From positions 3,258-67,257 of the IMG/VR virus record IMGVR_UViG_3300037046_000297: 64,000 nt of DNA, one strand, 5' to 3'. A program made the translations under genes and the position numbers. This DNA comes from a virus. How positions within the stretch are numbered: the first letter of the stretch is position 1; each line of letters starts with the position of its first letter. The notes under the pieces are model-generated. The model worked only from the letters and a program-made list of their open reading frames with translations, was not told where the DNA came from and made no database searches. Shown piece by piece: positions 30,406 to 40,846 of the stretch.

Positions 30406-30841
30406 TTCAAAACGCGAACTGATCATTCAGGCCTGTCTGTCGCGTGCGGCGTGCATCACTGCGGATAACGGATACAACACAGATATTGGCCAGAACACAT
30501 TCCGCGCGATAACAAAAATAGATCCGTCGAGACTGCCTGCATGCGTCATATATCCGCTTACCGAAACAGCGGAGCGGATCGGCGGCGGTGAGTATCTCTG
30601 CTCGATGCCGCTACGGGCGGAAGCTGTTGCAATGACCGGGATCGTAAACCCTTCCGTACTTGCAGAACAGATCCTCGGGGATCTGCGGGAAGCTTTTTTG
30701 GGATCAAAGATCACGGCCCTTATAGAAGAAATCCATTACGCATCCGGCGGAACAAATGACTACGCATCAAAAGACACCGTGTCGGTAACAGCCAACTACA
30801 CGATTAAATATTTTTCGAAAATAAACGACCCTTACGCATAA
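30398..30841 (+). CDS. Tail terminator-like protein
   Basis: RELII...ITADNGYNTDIG...LPAC; position. Confidence 0.6.
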   Translation: MSDSKRELIIQACLSRAACITADNGYNTDIGQNTFRAITKIDPSRLPACVIYPLTETAERIGGGEYLCSMPLRAEAVAMTGIVNPSVLAEQILGDLREAFLGSKITALIEEIHYASGGTNDYASKDTVSVTANYTIKYFSKINDPYA

Positions 30842-30917
30842 AAAAAGGGGGCAGGTATCAGGAATCAGGGGGCAGGAAAAACCCTGTACCCGGCACCCTG
30901 TACTTTAAGGAGAAAAC

Positions 30918-31931
30918 ATGACAACCGCCGAAAACTCAGTTCTGTATTACGAAGACGGGCAAACCTTCATGCCTATGACCGAACTTGCCGACGCAGGGGA
31001 TCATAAAACATTCAATTCCAATGCAGAATGCTGGTCTGACGAGGCTGGTTTTTCGCCTGTTGTAAAAGCAGACGGAGTCCTGACAGGGCTGATTGTAACA
31101 CCTGCACTGTCCGCGGCAAATGACAAGGTTGATTTATCGGCCGGATCCCTGAACCTGGCCGGCGTTGCAGCCACCCTTTCGGCAAGCGCTGATAAAGCCT
31201 GCCTGCGCGGCTCAGGCACAGATATATGTCGGATCAATTCCATCACCATTACTTCAGCCGGGGTCGTTGCGGTTGTAAGCGGCGTTGCCCATACAGCTTT
31301 TTCAGAAGTACGCGGCGCTGACGGTGGCCCCCCCTTCATTTCTGTTGGCAGCGTCGAGATTGCCCAGGTGCGCTTTTCATCCATTACAGCGGCGCCTGTT
31401 GCCGGAAGCGAAATAAAGGCGGTACCGAACCGCCACCGCGAAATGGCAAATTACCCGGCAATCGTCAAGATCAATCTGATCCGCGAACAGGATACGCTGA
31501 TCGGTGTTGCAGGTGTCGATCTCAGCACGGCCCTGATGTGCAACCATTCCGGGAATACCACAAAAAAAGTCTATGCCCAGTATTACGAGCCGGATTTCAC
31601 GGAAGTCTTAAAGGCAACGGACTTTCAGCCGGCTGCAATCAGTATGACAACGTCTTCCCAGCCGGTTTACGGCGGCGCCATCGGGGAAGTCAGCTCATCA
31701 CTGAAAAACGGCAAGTTCAAAGTCTTTCTGGAGAACGGTATTTCGGACCCGATTCTGAAAAAAGAAGGGAAAAAGATATGGTTCAAGTATTACGCGGACA
31801 GACTCCAGACTGAAAATTATATCCTGACTCAAGGATATCTCGGGATTACCCCGAGTTATCCGGCACGAAGCAGCATTACTGCTGACTGCACCATAAATGC
31901 GATAGATCCCGGCAAGAGAATCACCGGATAA
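30918..31931 (+). CDS. Major tail (tube) protein
   Basis: Position before the chaperone and TMP, strong RBS, beta-rich. Confidence 0.65.
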   Translation: MTTAENSVLYYEDGQTFMPMTELADAGDHKTFNSNAECWSDEAGFSPVVKADGVLTGLIVTPALSAANDKVDLSAGSLNLAGVAATLSASADKACLRGSGTDICRINSITITSAGVVAVVSGVAHTAFSEVRGADGGPPFISVGSVEIAQVRFSSITAAPVAGSEIKAVPNRHREMANYPAIVKINLIREQDTLIGVAGVDLSTALMCNHSGNTTKKVYAQYYEPDFTEVLKATDFQPAAISMTTSSQPVYGGAIGEVSSSLKNGKFKVFLENGISDPILKKEGKKIWFKYYADRLQTENYILTQGYLGITPSYPARSSITADCTINAIDPGKRITG

Positions 31932-32016
31932 AAATAAATAGGACTGAGGGCAGAGGACTGAGGACTGAGGACTGAAAAAACCGCTACCCTGTACCCGTAA
32001 TTAAAGGAGAAAGACC

Positions 32017-32361
32017 ATGAGAAAATCTATAATTGCCAGTCAGTTGATAGCATTGATGTTTGTAATGACCAGCTTTGCCATGGCCGGGGATATCAAAACG
32101 GATATTGCCGGACACACTTATGCTGTCACCCTTTCCGGAACCCTTTATGAAATCTTCTTTGAACAAGGCCCTTTTGGCCCAGGCCCCTGCGGAACAGCGA
32201 CTCTGAAGGCTGACGGGAAGCTGTTTAATACGTACTCCTTTTACACCCAGGGCAATCTTGTCGTTATCGAAAAACTGGGGAATTTCTATTACACGGACTG
32301 GAAACTGATCTGGATACAAGGAGAACTGCTGACCCTGTACAGCACAGGCACCATGGAATGA
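32017..32361 (+). CDS. Small secreted protein (moron-like)
   Basis: Signal peptide MRKSIIASQLIALMFVMTSFAMA. Confidence 0.6.
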   Translation: MRKSIIASQLIALMFVMTSFAMAGDIKTDIAGHTYAVTLSGTLYEIFFEQGPFGPGPCGTATLKADGKLFNTYSFYTQGNLVVIEKLGNFYYTDWKLIWIQGELLTLYSTGTME

Positions 32362-32389
32362 ACTATTTGGCGGAAAGGAGTGTTTTGAC

Positions 32390-32857
32390 ATGCCCTTTAA
32401 ATCAAAAGAGTTCAAGAAGGCCAAGTTTGCCTACAGGACCGAAGCCGTTTCTTTGCCTGATTTAAAAGACTGGTTCGAAGGGCCACCTGAATGGATCGTA
32501 AAAGGCCTGAACGGCAATGAACTGGCCCACTGCAAGGAAATGGCCGCGCGAAACAGAAAGACCATCAAGACGCTTCTTGAATCTCTTGTAAAAGAGCAAT
32601 CGGAAGATGTTGTTGAAGCCGTAAAGCACTTGACGGGTACTGATGGCACGGTACCGATGGATATTGCCCTGCGGGCCGAGCTTCTGGTTGCGGGCAGCGT
32701 GGACCCGCCATGTGATATTGCCCTGGCGCTCAAACTGAACATGACGTATCCGATTGAATTTCAAATCCTGACCAAAAAAATAGAAACGTTGACCGGGATG
32801 GGTTACGAACCGGGAAAATTGAAGCCCTCTGGAATCGAGCCGACATCAGAACCCTGA
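32390..32857 (+). CDS. Tail assembly chaperone (gpG-like)
   Basis: Position; slippery heptamer near the 3' end. Confidence 0.75.
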   Translation: MPFKSKEFKKAKFAYRTEAVSLPDLKDWFEGPPEWIVKGLNGNELAHCKEMAARNRKTIKTLLESLVKEQSEDVVEAVKHLTGTDGTVPMDIALRAELLVAGSVDPPCDIALALKLNMTYPIEFQILTKKIETLTGMGYEPGKLKPSGIEPTSEP

Positions 32858-33003
32858 TGAACCTTTGTGCGTCCAGGGGGCGTTTCTTGTACGAAGTCAG
32901 ACCCGATCTGTTCCCCCAGGGTTTTTTAACAGACGCGGAGACATACCTGTGGGGATTCTACTACCTGGAAAAAAACAGGAGACATCAGCGTGGCCGATCT
33001 TGA
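32818..33003 (+). CDS. -1 frameshift extension of the tail assembly chaperone (gpGT-like)
   Basis: G GGA AAA at 32812-32818; the -1 frame is open (IEALWNRADIRTL...RGRFLYEVRPDLFP...LWGFYY) to TGA 33001-33003. Confidence 0.75.
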   Translation: MEALWNRADIRTLMNLCASRGRFLYEVRPDLFPQGFLTDAETYLWGFYYLEKNRRHQRGRS

Positions 33004-33793
33004 AAAAACAGTCCAGATTATCTTTGAAGCCATCGACAACATGACGGACCCCATTGGTGAAATGGGCGAAGCTTTGAGCAGCTTCGGCGGCAAAGCCGGT
33101 GAAGCTGCCCAAAAGGCCGACGGCCTGGGCGATGCCATTGACACGATGCCTGCTGAAGTGGAACTGGATATCAGCCTTGAGGACAATGCAAGCGACGGTA
33201 TCAATGAAATTCACCTGGGCGTTGACGGTGTGCCCGATGAAAAAGAAATTTCGTTTGACTGCGATTCGTCTGCAATCGGGGAAGTCAATGACCTGATTGA
33301 CAGCATACCTTCCGAACATGAATTTGATTTTTATTTCAGCGGGGATCCTAGCGGTGAGATATCGGACCTCGGCGGTGCGATCGGAGAACTGCCCGATTCC
33401 GTGGAACTTGATATCGGCGTGGAAGCCGGCAATTACGTACAGATTTTCGATGATTTTTCAACCAGCGTCGATACCACACGACAGGAAATTGAAGACCTTT
33501 TCGCCGATCAGCCCTGGGAACTGAAAGAATTTGAAGCTGAAGCCTGGCGCGCGGCAATTGACGAAGACATGGAGCTGAAAAACACTGAATTCGAATCTCA
33601 GAAAAAACTGATCGATCAACAGCTCGAACTGCTGGACATGCGAAAAGAATTATTTGAATCCGGCACGGCACTTATCAACATCGATACGACCGGCCTGGAA
33701 CCGATACTTGAAGATTTATTGATGAGCCTCTGTGAAAAACTCCAGGTGCGTATCAGTGAAAGCTTACCGGCCTTCCTGGTGGGGATAGGATAA
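32990..33793 (+). CDS. Unusually short tape-measure-like protein
   Basis: Directly follows the chaperone; TVQIIFEAIDNM N-terminus; only 267 aa. Confidence 0.6.
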   Translation: MADLEKTVQIIFEAIDNMTDPIGEMGEALSSFGGKAGEAAQKADGLGDAIDTMPAEVELDISLEDNASDGINEIHLGVDGVPDEKEISFDCDSSAIGEVNDLIDSIPSEHEFDFYFSGDPSGEISDLGGAIGELPDSVELDIGVEAGNYVQIFDDFSTSVDTTRQEIEDLFADQPWELKEFEAEAWRAAIDEDMELKNTEFESQKKLIDQQLELLDMRKELFESGTALINIDTTGLEPILEDLLMSLCEKLQVRISESLPAFLVGIG

Positions 33794-33797
33794 CGGC

Positions 33798-34139
33798 ATG
33801 CTGATATCATTTTCTTCCATAGACTCCGGAGACTTTATCTTACTCGACATGACCGCACCACCACCAAGGGAAGGAAGCCGGCGCCTTTCCCGGACCGCAA
33901 CCCTTGACGGCGGCGCTGTCATCACCGATGGAGGCGTAACGCATGCAGACAGGAGCTTTGATTTTACAACGACTCAGGTACCGGAAGATATCCGGGAGAC
34001 CCTATGGGCGATGTTTATGGGTCAAGACCTGGTGCATTTATCCTGTCCGGAGGGTGTGTTCGCGGGGTTCCTGCAAAAGGTAAGGATTACGGCTTCAGAT
34101 GTGTCTTTAAGTTTTATGGTTTGTGAAAAATTGACGTAA
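33798..34139 (+). CDS. Distal tail-like protein
   Basis: RRLSRTATLDGGAVITDGG; position after TMP. Confidence 0.55.
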   Translation: MLISFSSIDSGDFILLDMTAPPPREGSRRLSRTATLDGGAVITDGGVTHADRSFDFTTTQVPEDIRETLWAMFMGQDLVHLSCPEGVFAGFLQKVRITASDVSLSFMVCEKLT

Positions 34140-34187
34140 CTACACAGGTATTCAGAATCCAGGAGTCAGAATTCAGGAGATGGAAAA

Positions 34188-34619
34188 ATGGCAATCGTTG
34201 TAACGGTCCCCAACCACTACAAGTACCTGCTTAAAACAAAGCAGATAGATGAGTCGAGCGATACTTACAAGATCATCCTGATGAACACGACATTTGCATT
34301 TGATAAAGATTCCCACGCGGAGCTTGCGGATGTGACGGCGGATCAACTGGCAACCGGCAATGGTTACACCCAGAACAGCAAGGTCTTGACCGGGGTTTCG
34401 ATCACAGAAAACGATATCACGGACAAAGCAGAAACAAGATGGGCAAATGTTTCCTGGACAGCTTCCGGCGGGTCCATCGGGCCATCCGGCGCGGCGATTA
34501 TTTACAATGATTCGGTTGCGGGTGATCCCATTGCCTGCTGCATTGATTTCGGGATCGATAAAACGGCGGAAGACGGTACCGGACTGATCATCGAGACGCC
34601 GGGACTGGACATCGGATAA
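34188..34619 (+). CDS. Virion structural protein (tail-associated)
   Basis: QLATGNGYT, WTASGGSIGP. Confidence 0.6.
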   Translation: MAIVVTVPNHYKYLLKTKQIDESSDTYKIILMNTTFAFDKDSHAELADVTADQLATGNGYTQNSKVLTGVSITENDITDKAETRWANVSWTASGGSIGPSGAAIIYNDSVAGDPIACCIDFGIDKTAEDGTGLIIETPGLDIG

Positions 34620-34631
34620 GGGCTATAAGCC

Positions 34632-36668
34632 ATGACGATATTTCATATAGACCCGGTAGGCGGGAATGACACCAACGATGGTTCCACCTGGGCGCTGGCC
34701 TGGAAAACAATCACTTCCGGCGCAACTGCGCCAAGGATTGCCCCAGGGGATATCATCAAGGTTGCAAAATCCCCGAATCCAACCAGCATCGGAAACGCGA
34801 CGTGGAATAACCTGTCCAAAACCGTAACCCTTGCATCGGCTTTGACCGCAAATGTTGACCTATGCGCAACGGCCTGGACGCCGACTGCAAATGTAACCGC
34901 AACGACAAACACCTCGAATTACAAAATAGGCACTTGCTCTGTGTCTCTTTCGATCGCCGCGGCTTTCACTTCCGGAAAAGTGGGATACAAGGCACTCGGG
35001 AGTGCTGTCGATTTTTCGGCATACCATCAGCTTTCTTTCTGGCTTCTTGCAAGTACGGTGTTGGCGGCCAATGTATTAAAGCTGTGCCTTTGTTCCGATA
35101 CGACCGGGGACGTGATTGTTGACGAGTTTATTATACCGGCAACCGATGTTTCTTCTTATAAACTTCCCTGCACCATAAACAAAGGATCTGCGCTCGGTTC
35201 TTCCATCCAGTCCGTGGCCCTTTATGCGATCGTGGACCCTGCAACAGTAATCGTCCTGCTTAGTAATATCATCGCCTGCAAGGCGAGCAGTGCAGCCGAT
35301 TCTTTAAGCCTGACAAGCCTGATATCAAAGAACCCGGCAGCCAGCGGCGGAGACGAGGGCTGGTACCCGATACAGTCCATCAATGGCACAGCGGTCATGC
35401 TGGACAACGGGCCGGCAATAAACGCAAATACGGGGCGTGGGTATTACGGAACGACCGAAACCGTAACAACATACAAGCGGGAATGTTTCAGGGTTTTATC
35501 CACTGTCTGTACCATTCAAGATTCCGGAACACCTGGAAGCCTGATCGAGTTCCAGGGCGGATATGAACCGTCCACCGGGAACCAGAACGGAGAAACCTAT
35601 TTTGACGTGGGTACAGGCAGGGGCAACGGCATTGATTTTTCGAACAAAAACTATGTCCTGATCAACAGAATAAACATGGTGCGGTCAATGCGGGGCGTGT
35701 GTCTTCTTACCGCATCTTATTGTGAAGTAACTGCCCACAGCTTGTGCGGCAATGACAACGCCGGGCTTTACCTTTCCGGGGCGAGTTACTGCAAAGCTGA
35801 TGTAAAAAACGCCAACAATACCACGGGTACAGGTGTTTTGTACGCGGGATCAAATAATGTCGGAAACGAAATAACCATAGGCAATGCGAACAATAACACC
35901 AGTAACGGCATATCGGCTGCTGCGGCCTATGTGAACAAAATCACGGCAGAAAACGTCTGTAATAACGGCTCTTCAAATGTTTCAATCAATGCGAATGCGA
36001 TCCGGAACACGTTTAAAATCACGAATGTCAAAAACTCGGGGGCCAATGGATTTTCTATCGACTCATCCCCTGCCCTGGATAACAAAATCAACGGAACCAC
36101 CACCGCATCAAACGCCAGCGGGGCCGTGTCCGCATTTTCACCCGGTACCCAGTTTTTCAGGGGCTGCACCTTTGGTGAAGCCACCAAGGTTGCCAATCAA
36201 ACGGCCTGGCTGAATGGCAGGATCTGCTTGAGCGTCCATGACGGATCTCCGGACAACAACTACGTTTACACAGATGGTGGAATCATAAAGTCTCAAACAA
36301 CGGTCAGACGTACTACGCCCGGGATTGCATGGCAAATGTCGCCGACATCGGCAAACAGAAGCGCCTACTATCCCCTTTTCATGTCGCTGGCAAAAATTGC
36401 CGTTGCTGCAGGCAGTCAGGTGACAGTTTCTTGCTGGTTCCGGAGAACCGATACCGGAATCACCGGAAAGCTTGTTTGTCGCGGCGGACAGATTGCCGGG
36501 GTTGCTACGGATGTTTCAGCCGCAATGGTTGCGGCGGCGGATACCTGGGAGCAGCTTACAATCAATTTTACCCCGACGGAAGCGGGAGTGGTGGAGATAG
36601 AAGCATGGGCCTATGGCGGAACGACCTACAGTGTTTATGTCGATGACTTTGATTGCAGCCAAACATAA
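34632..36668 (+). CDS. Tail spike/fibre-like protein with beta-helix and C-terminal carbohydrate-binding-like domain
   Basis: IDPVGGNDTNDGSTWALAWKTI start, Asn-ladder repeats, DTWEQLTINFT...YVDDF end. Confidence 0.65.
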   Translation: MTIFHIDPVGGNDTNDGSTWALAWKTITSGATAPRIAPGDIIKVAKSPNPTSIGNATWNNLSKTVTLASALTANVDLCATAWTPTANVTATTNTSNYKIGTCSVSLSIAAAFTSGKVGYKALGSAVDFSAYHQLSFWLLASTVLAANVLKLCLCSDTTGDVIVDEFIIPATDVSSYKLPCTINKGSALGSSIQSVALYAIVDPATVIVLLSNIIACKASSAADSLSLTSLISKNPAASGGDEGWYPIQSINGTAVMLDNGPAINANTGRGYYGTTETVTTYKRECFRVLSTVCTIQDSGTPGSLIEFQGGYEPSTGNQNGETYFDVGTGRGNGIDFSNKNYVLINRINMVRSMRGVCLLTASYCEVTAHSLCGNDNAGLYLSGASYCKADVKNANNTTGTGVLYAGSNNVGNEITIGNANNNTSNGISAAAAYVNKITAENVCNNGSSNVSINANAIRNTFKITNVKNSGANGFSIDSSPALDNKINGTTTASNASGAVSAFSPGTQFFRGCTFGEATKVANQTAWLNGRICLSVHDGSPDNNYVYTDGGIIKSQTTVRRTTPGIAWQMSPTSANRSAYYPLFMSLAKIAVAAGSQVTVSCWFRRTDTGITGKLVCRGGQIAGVATDVSAAMVAAADTWEQLTINFTPTEAGVVEIEAWAYGGTTYSVYVDDFDCSQT

Positions 36669-36681
36669 CGAAGGCAAGACC

Positions 36682-37239
36682 ATGAAAAATAGAACCTGGG
36701 TCCAGATTTTTTTATTTGTCGTTTCGGTGCATCTGGCGTGGGACGCCAACACGGAACCCACAGTGAGCGGGTACAAGCTTTACTATGGCAAGGCAACCCG
36801 GACATACAGCGTTATTGTCGATGTAGGCAAAGTAACGGACTACGTGCTGACAGGGGTTTCGGAGACCAGTCCCATATTTTTTGCTGTAACAGCGTACGAC
36901 ATAAGCCGCAATGAAAGCGCATACTCAGTGGAACTGGAATGCGCGGTCATTAAAGAGGAAGTCACCGGCACCGGAAAGGCAACCATCGCCAATACAGTTA
37001 CAGGCTGGACGTCTTCATTTACAAAACAGCTTTTCGTAATTGAGAAAAACAGAAACAGGACCCTGACAATCACAGTAACGCCGGAAGACCAAAGCAATTT
37101 CGTTTCTGCGGTCCGGGATAACGAAATTTTACTGACGCCCACTGCCCCGAAAATAACGCTTGAGAACATCACCGGGGATCATTTTCTGAATTTTGAAGTA
37201 AAGAAACTATTCGTTCCTTCGGGCGTAATGGTGAAATAA
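36682..37239 (+). CDS. Fibronectin type III domain protein
   Basis: LAWDANTEPTVSGYKLYYG...FAVTAYD..NESAYS. Confidence 0.8.
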   Translation: MKNRTWVQIFLFVVSVHLAWDANTEPTVSGYKLYYGKATRTYSVIVDVGKVTDYVLTGVSETSPIFFAVTAYDISRNESAYSVELECAVIKEEVTGTGKATIANTVTGWTSSFTKQLFVIEKNRNRTLTITVTPEDQSNFVSAVRDNEILLTPTAPKITLENITGDHFLNFEVKKLFVPSGVMVK

Positions 37240-37245
37240 AACGAT

Positions 37246-38385
37246 ATGGCATTGCCGAATTTCAACAATCTGAAAGGCCTCGACGCTTCGTTCAACGGGG
37301 AGCCGTTTTGCAATATTGCAACAGGAACCGGCTCCCTCGACGGCCTGGACACAACTTATGAGGGGGAACCGTTTTCCGGAACCAAAGCCCCCAGCGGTGG
37401 CGGAAATGTCGTGATTCAACCGGACCCCGCATTTGCGACAGCAAGCGGGGTGTTATCCAGGATTAGCGTCGTTTTACCGGCTGGGCTGGGAGCGATTACA
37501 GCAACTGCCGACTGCGGGGATATCAAGATCATACCCGGTGACATAAAGCCTGATCCTGGAATGGTGACGGCGACCGGATTGATTGCCGGAATCAAGCAGA
37601 TAATTCCTGCAACCGCAGGCCAGGCCGACGCGGCAGGCGTGTGCGGCGGCGTTGTGAATGCAGCGGTTATCACTGCGGCGCCGGGCCAAACAACCGCTAC
37701 GGGGGCCACAGCGGGGCTGAGCAGCACGATCAGCCCACCACCGTCACAAATAGTCTGTAGCGCGGATATCTCCGGCCTGCTCTGCGTATTGACGGCAGTG
37801 CCTGCGCTCGGGTTTGTTACCGGCGGCGTTACGGGCGTCAAGTGCCTTTCGCTAACCAGCGGCGTAAAACGACGCTATGCGTGCAGGATTGAATGTGATG
37901 GTTTTGCCGATATCATTGTACCGGTCTCGGCCTTCTCGTCACGGCAGCGGCGCGGATACCCCTCGTATTCGGAAATAACGATACCCGGACTGCACCGTTT
38001 TGCTGAAGTTGCCCTGCGCTCTGAAGGATATTTTGTTGTTTCGGTGATTATTTCAAGAGACGGCGAAGATTTGTTGGTGGCGGATATTTTTAATGCCCCT
38101 ATCGATAAGATGACCATCACGGGCAACCAGAATTTGCAGCACATGGTGTTATCCGGCACCCGGCCTGTAGAAGAAAACAAGGGGCCACAAACAGCACCTT
38201 TGCAAGGTGTCATTTACCGGAGACAGTCTTATGGCGAACTGTCGTTAAGAACCAAGGTTACGGATCTGTACCTTAAACCCGGCGATACGGTTACTTACGA
38301 TGGAGATAGCTTTATTGCAAGAACCGTCACCCATTCCTTTTCTTCAGCAGGAGCTTTTATGGAAGTGAGGGAGTCCGATTCATGA
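37246..38385 (+). CDS. Minor tail protein
   Basis: Ala/Gly-rich repeats; position. Confidence 0.55.
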   Translation: MALPNFNNLKGLDASFNGEPFCNIATGTGSLDGLDTTYEGEPFSGTKAPSGGGNVVIQPDPAFATASGVLSRISVVLPAGLGAITATADCGDIKIIPGDIKPDPGMVTATGLIAGIKQIIPATAGQADAAGVCGGVVNAAVITAAPGQTTATGATAGLSSTISPPPSQIVCSADISGLLCVLTAVPALGFVTGGVTGVKCLSLTSGVKRRYACRIECDGFADIIVPVSAFSSRQRRGYPSYSEITIPGLHRFAEVALRSEGYFVVSVIISRDGEDLLVADIFNAPIDKMTITGNQNLQHMVLSGTRPVEENKGPQTAPLQGVIYRRQSYGELSLRTKVTDLYLKPGDTVTYDGDSFIARTVTHSFSSAGAFMEVRESDS

Positions 38386-38678
38386 ACGCAACAACTGTGA
38401 TCTGCAAGATGACAAAGACCGGTTTTGCAGACCTTATGATCCCGATAAATTCTTTCCAGGTATTCAAGCGGCGCGATGGATCGTTAGGGTTGCAGGTTAC
38501 AACCCGAAGATTTGACTTATCGGGGGCAATTGCAGCCAGGTCAAAAGGCTATATCGTACTGACTGCAAAAATCAACGGGGCACTGGAAGAGGTCGGCACA
38601 GCCAAAGTAACCCGGATACGGCTTGACGAAGGGCCGATGAATAAATCGATCACCATCCAGGCAACGGCCGAGGCTTAA
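38382..38678 (+). CDS. Small tail protein, paralog of the preceding gene's C-terminal domain
   Basis: CKMTKTGFADLMIPINSF versus CRIECDGFADIIVPVSAF. Confidence 0.55.
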   Translation: MNATTVICKMTKTGFADLMIPINSFQVFKRRDGSLGLQVTTRRFDLSGAIAARSKGYIVLTAKINGALEEVGTAKVTRIRLDEGPMNKSITIQATAEA

Positions 38679-38679
38679 C

Positions 38680-40299
38680 ATGGGAAAAGGCGAAATCATA
38701 TCCGGTGGCGACGGCGGCCTGTACCAGGTGAGGCTGAACTACTACCGTGCGACACTTCAAGAAAGACTTGATGTTCTTGATTTGAAAATCATCGAGCAGG
38801 AAGAAAGAATCGTCGAATTGCTTATAGCCGAACCCATAGACCATGATGAACTGGGCAGGGCCAGACTGCAACTGGCGGCGCTTGAAAATGAAAAAGAGCT
38901 TTTCGAGATGCTTCCCGAAGATCCGGAAATGACTGCGTGGTGTGTGGACCTCACAGAGGATCTGACAGGAGAAGTGGGAACAATCGAACTTGGTGGACAG
39001 CTTGAAACCGGCAAGGTGCTGGTTCGCCCAGGCTATGACGGCAGGGCGGACTTTGATCCGGGGCGTGACGGGCAACTGATGCACGTTATGGTTATGAGTC
39101 TTGCACAGGCGGTGCTTAATTTCATTCAGATGGCCGGCTGGCAAAAGTGGATGCCGACATACCGGGCCGGGACGATCACGGCAATCGACGACGACACATG
39201 CAGCGTATCAATTGATACCGTATTATCCTGCCATCAAGGAATAGACGTGACCGGAGAAACTGAACTGACCGATGTACCGATTGAATACATGAACTGCAAT
39301 GGCGCTGCCTTTGAGGTTGGAGACCGGGTGATCGTGGAATACCGGAACCGATCGGCAGAGAATAAAGAAACACCTTATGTAATCGGTTTTGAGTCTGAAC
39401 CGAAGCCCTGTGAATGCTACGTTCGGATAAAAATAAACGGGACAACCCCGACAAAAATCAAGACGGTTTATCTGATCGAACAGGAATCCGGGAAGGTGCA
39501 CACGGCAAGCAGCCATGCCCCAAGCAGTCCACCCTCCCCTTTGTACGCATACGACGTGTGCGGGCCGTTCTCCGGTGTGGTTTTTCCGGCAAAGCTTTAC
39601 CTGGCCAAGATAGACGGGACGGGCGATGCCATGTTTGAATTCTGGTGCGAGTGTACGGACGGGACGCTGGATCATATCCATTTCGGGTCAAGTATTTACC
39701 CGGGCGAGTACCCGCACGGAAGTTATCTTTATGGCGGAATCCGGGGCCATGAGGCGATACCGCACTCACGGGAGATCATTGCAAAAAAGATTGAACGTGC
39801 CCAATACGCAACCCCGTTGGCAGCGGTACCGACACTGAACACGGTGCACAATTTTGCAAACATGAAGGTTTTGATGATCGCCCTTTATCAAAAGCTGGAC
39901 CAAGACGGCTGCGGTGACCTGATACCAGTTACGGATAAAAAGTATTATCCCCAGGTATGGCAAGGGTTTTACCCGCAAGTACCCGGTGGGGCATACCCCC
40001 CAAACGCCGGGTGCCTGAACTGGGGAGTCTGGCACCAATGCGAATCCGGTTATTTTGGTGAAGAGTTCGGGGACCCGATTTATGACGATTTTACTGCACA
40101 ATACACGGCCGGCACCCTGGTGCCCAACAATGCAGTTGCCATTTTTACGGATGCTGACGGACTGAGCCCGGCACACACAACGTGGGAATGGAAGATTCAG
40201 AATTTTTACCCATACCCGGAACCCGAACTTGTACCGCGGTACGAAGACGGGGCCTTCTGGAGGATATCGGCTATAGATACGCCGAATGACAGGATTTAA
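38680..40299 (+). CDS. Tail tip/hub-like protein
   Basis: GWQKWMPTYRAGTIT, VPIEYMNCNGAAFEVGDRV; last gene of the tail module. Confidence 0.55.
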   Translation: MGKGEIISGGDGGLYQVRLNYYRATLQERLDVLDLKIIEQEERIVELLIAEPIDHDELGRARLQLAALENEKELFEMLPEDPEMTAWCVDLTEDLTGEVGTIELGGQLETGKVLVRPGYDGRADFDPGRDGQLMHVMVMSLAQAVLNFIQMAGWQKWMPTYRAGTITAIDDDTCSVSIDTVLSCHQGIDVTGETELTDVPIEYMNCNGAAFEVGDRVIVEYRNRSAENKETPYVIGFESEPKPCECYVRIKINGTTPTKIKTVYLIEQESGKVHTASSHAPSSPPSPLYAYDVCGPFSGVVFPAKLYLAKIDGTGDAMFEFWCECTDGTLDHIHFGSSIYPGEYPHGSYLYGGIRGHEAIPHSREIIAKKIERAQYATPLAAVPTLNTVHNFANMKVLMIALYQKLDQDGCGDLIPVTDKKYYPQVWQGFYPQVPGGAYPPNAGCLNWGVWHQCESGYFGEEFGDPIYDDFTAQYTAGTLVPNNAVAIFTDADGLSPAHTTWEWKIQNFYPYPEPELVPRYEDGAFWRISAIDTPNDRI

Positions 40300-40402
40300 A
40301 CCTTTTAAATCAAGATGCGCATCGGTGCGTAATTTATGTACACCGCATGAACACGTTTTCGGCGACTGTGTTCTTGCAAATAACTGATAAAAAAAGGCGG
40401 CC

Positions 40403-40807
40403 ATGATCATGGAAAGTTGGATTCAAACAGCAATTTCTTTAGCGACATTTACACTTATCAATTTATCGGCAACGGCTTTTCTCATCGGAAAGATCGTACA
40501 AACCGTCAAGGAGCATGATGAGCAACTTGAAGATTTAAGAGTGGATGCCTGCAAGCTTAAAGAAAGGATGAGCCCGGTAAGCAGCGACGACAGGATGATA
40601 ACTTCGAAAGAATGCGTATCAAAGCAGGTCGTTATTATGGCCGGCATCTCTGAAATAAAGGCAATGCTCAGTGTCGCAGACCAGCGTCATGAAGAGCGGA
40701 TGACGCGAATTGAGGCAAGAAGGGATGAACTCCTGACGATGGTCTTTAACCTGGCCGGAAGATTTGAGGGTTTTAAAGGAGGGCAAAAAGAAAGCAACCG
40801 CGTTTGA
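40403..40807 (+). CDS. Holin-like membrane protein
   Basis: N-terminal hydrophobic helix plus coiled coil; upstream of the endolysin. Confidence 0.45.
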   Translation: MIMESWIQTAISLATFTLINLSATAFLIGKIVQTVKEHDEQLEDLRVDACKLKERMSPVSSDDRMITSKECVSKQVVIMAGISEIKAMLSVADQRHEERMTRIEARRDELLTMVFNLAGRFEGFKGGQKESNRV

Positions 40808-40846
40808 CAAGAAGATGAATGAAGCTTTTTTGACAGGGGGTGAACC

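Noticed and set aside
34632-40299. Diversity-generating retroelement target
   Set aside because: No reverse transcriptase in the window and no TR/VR pair noticed
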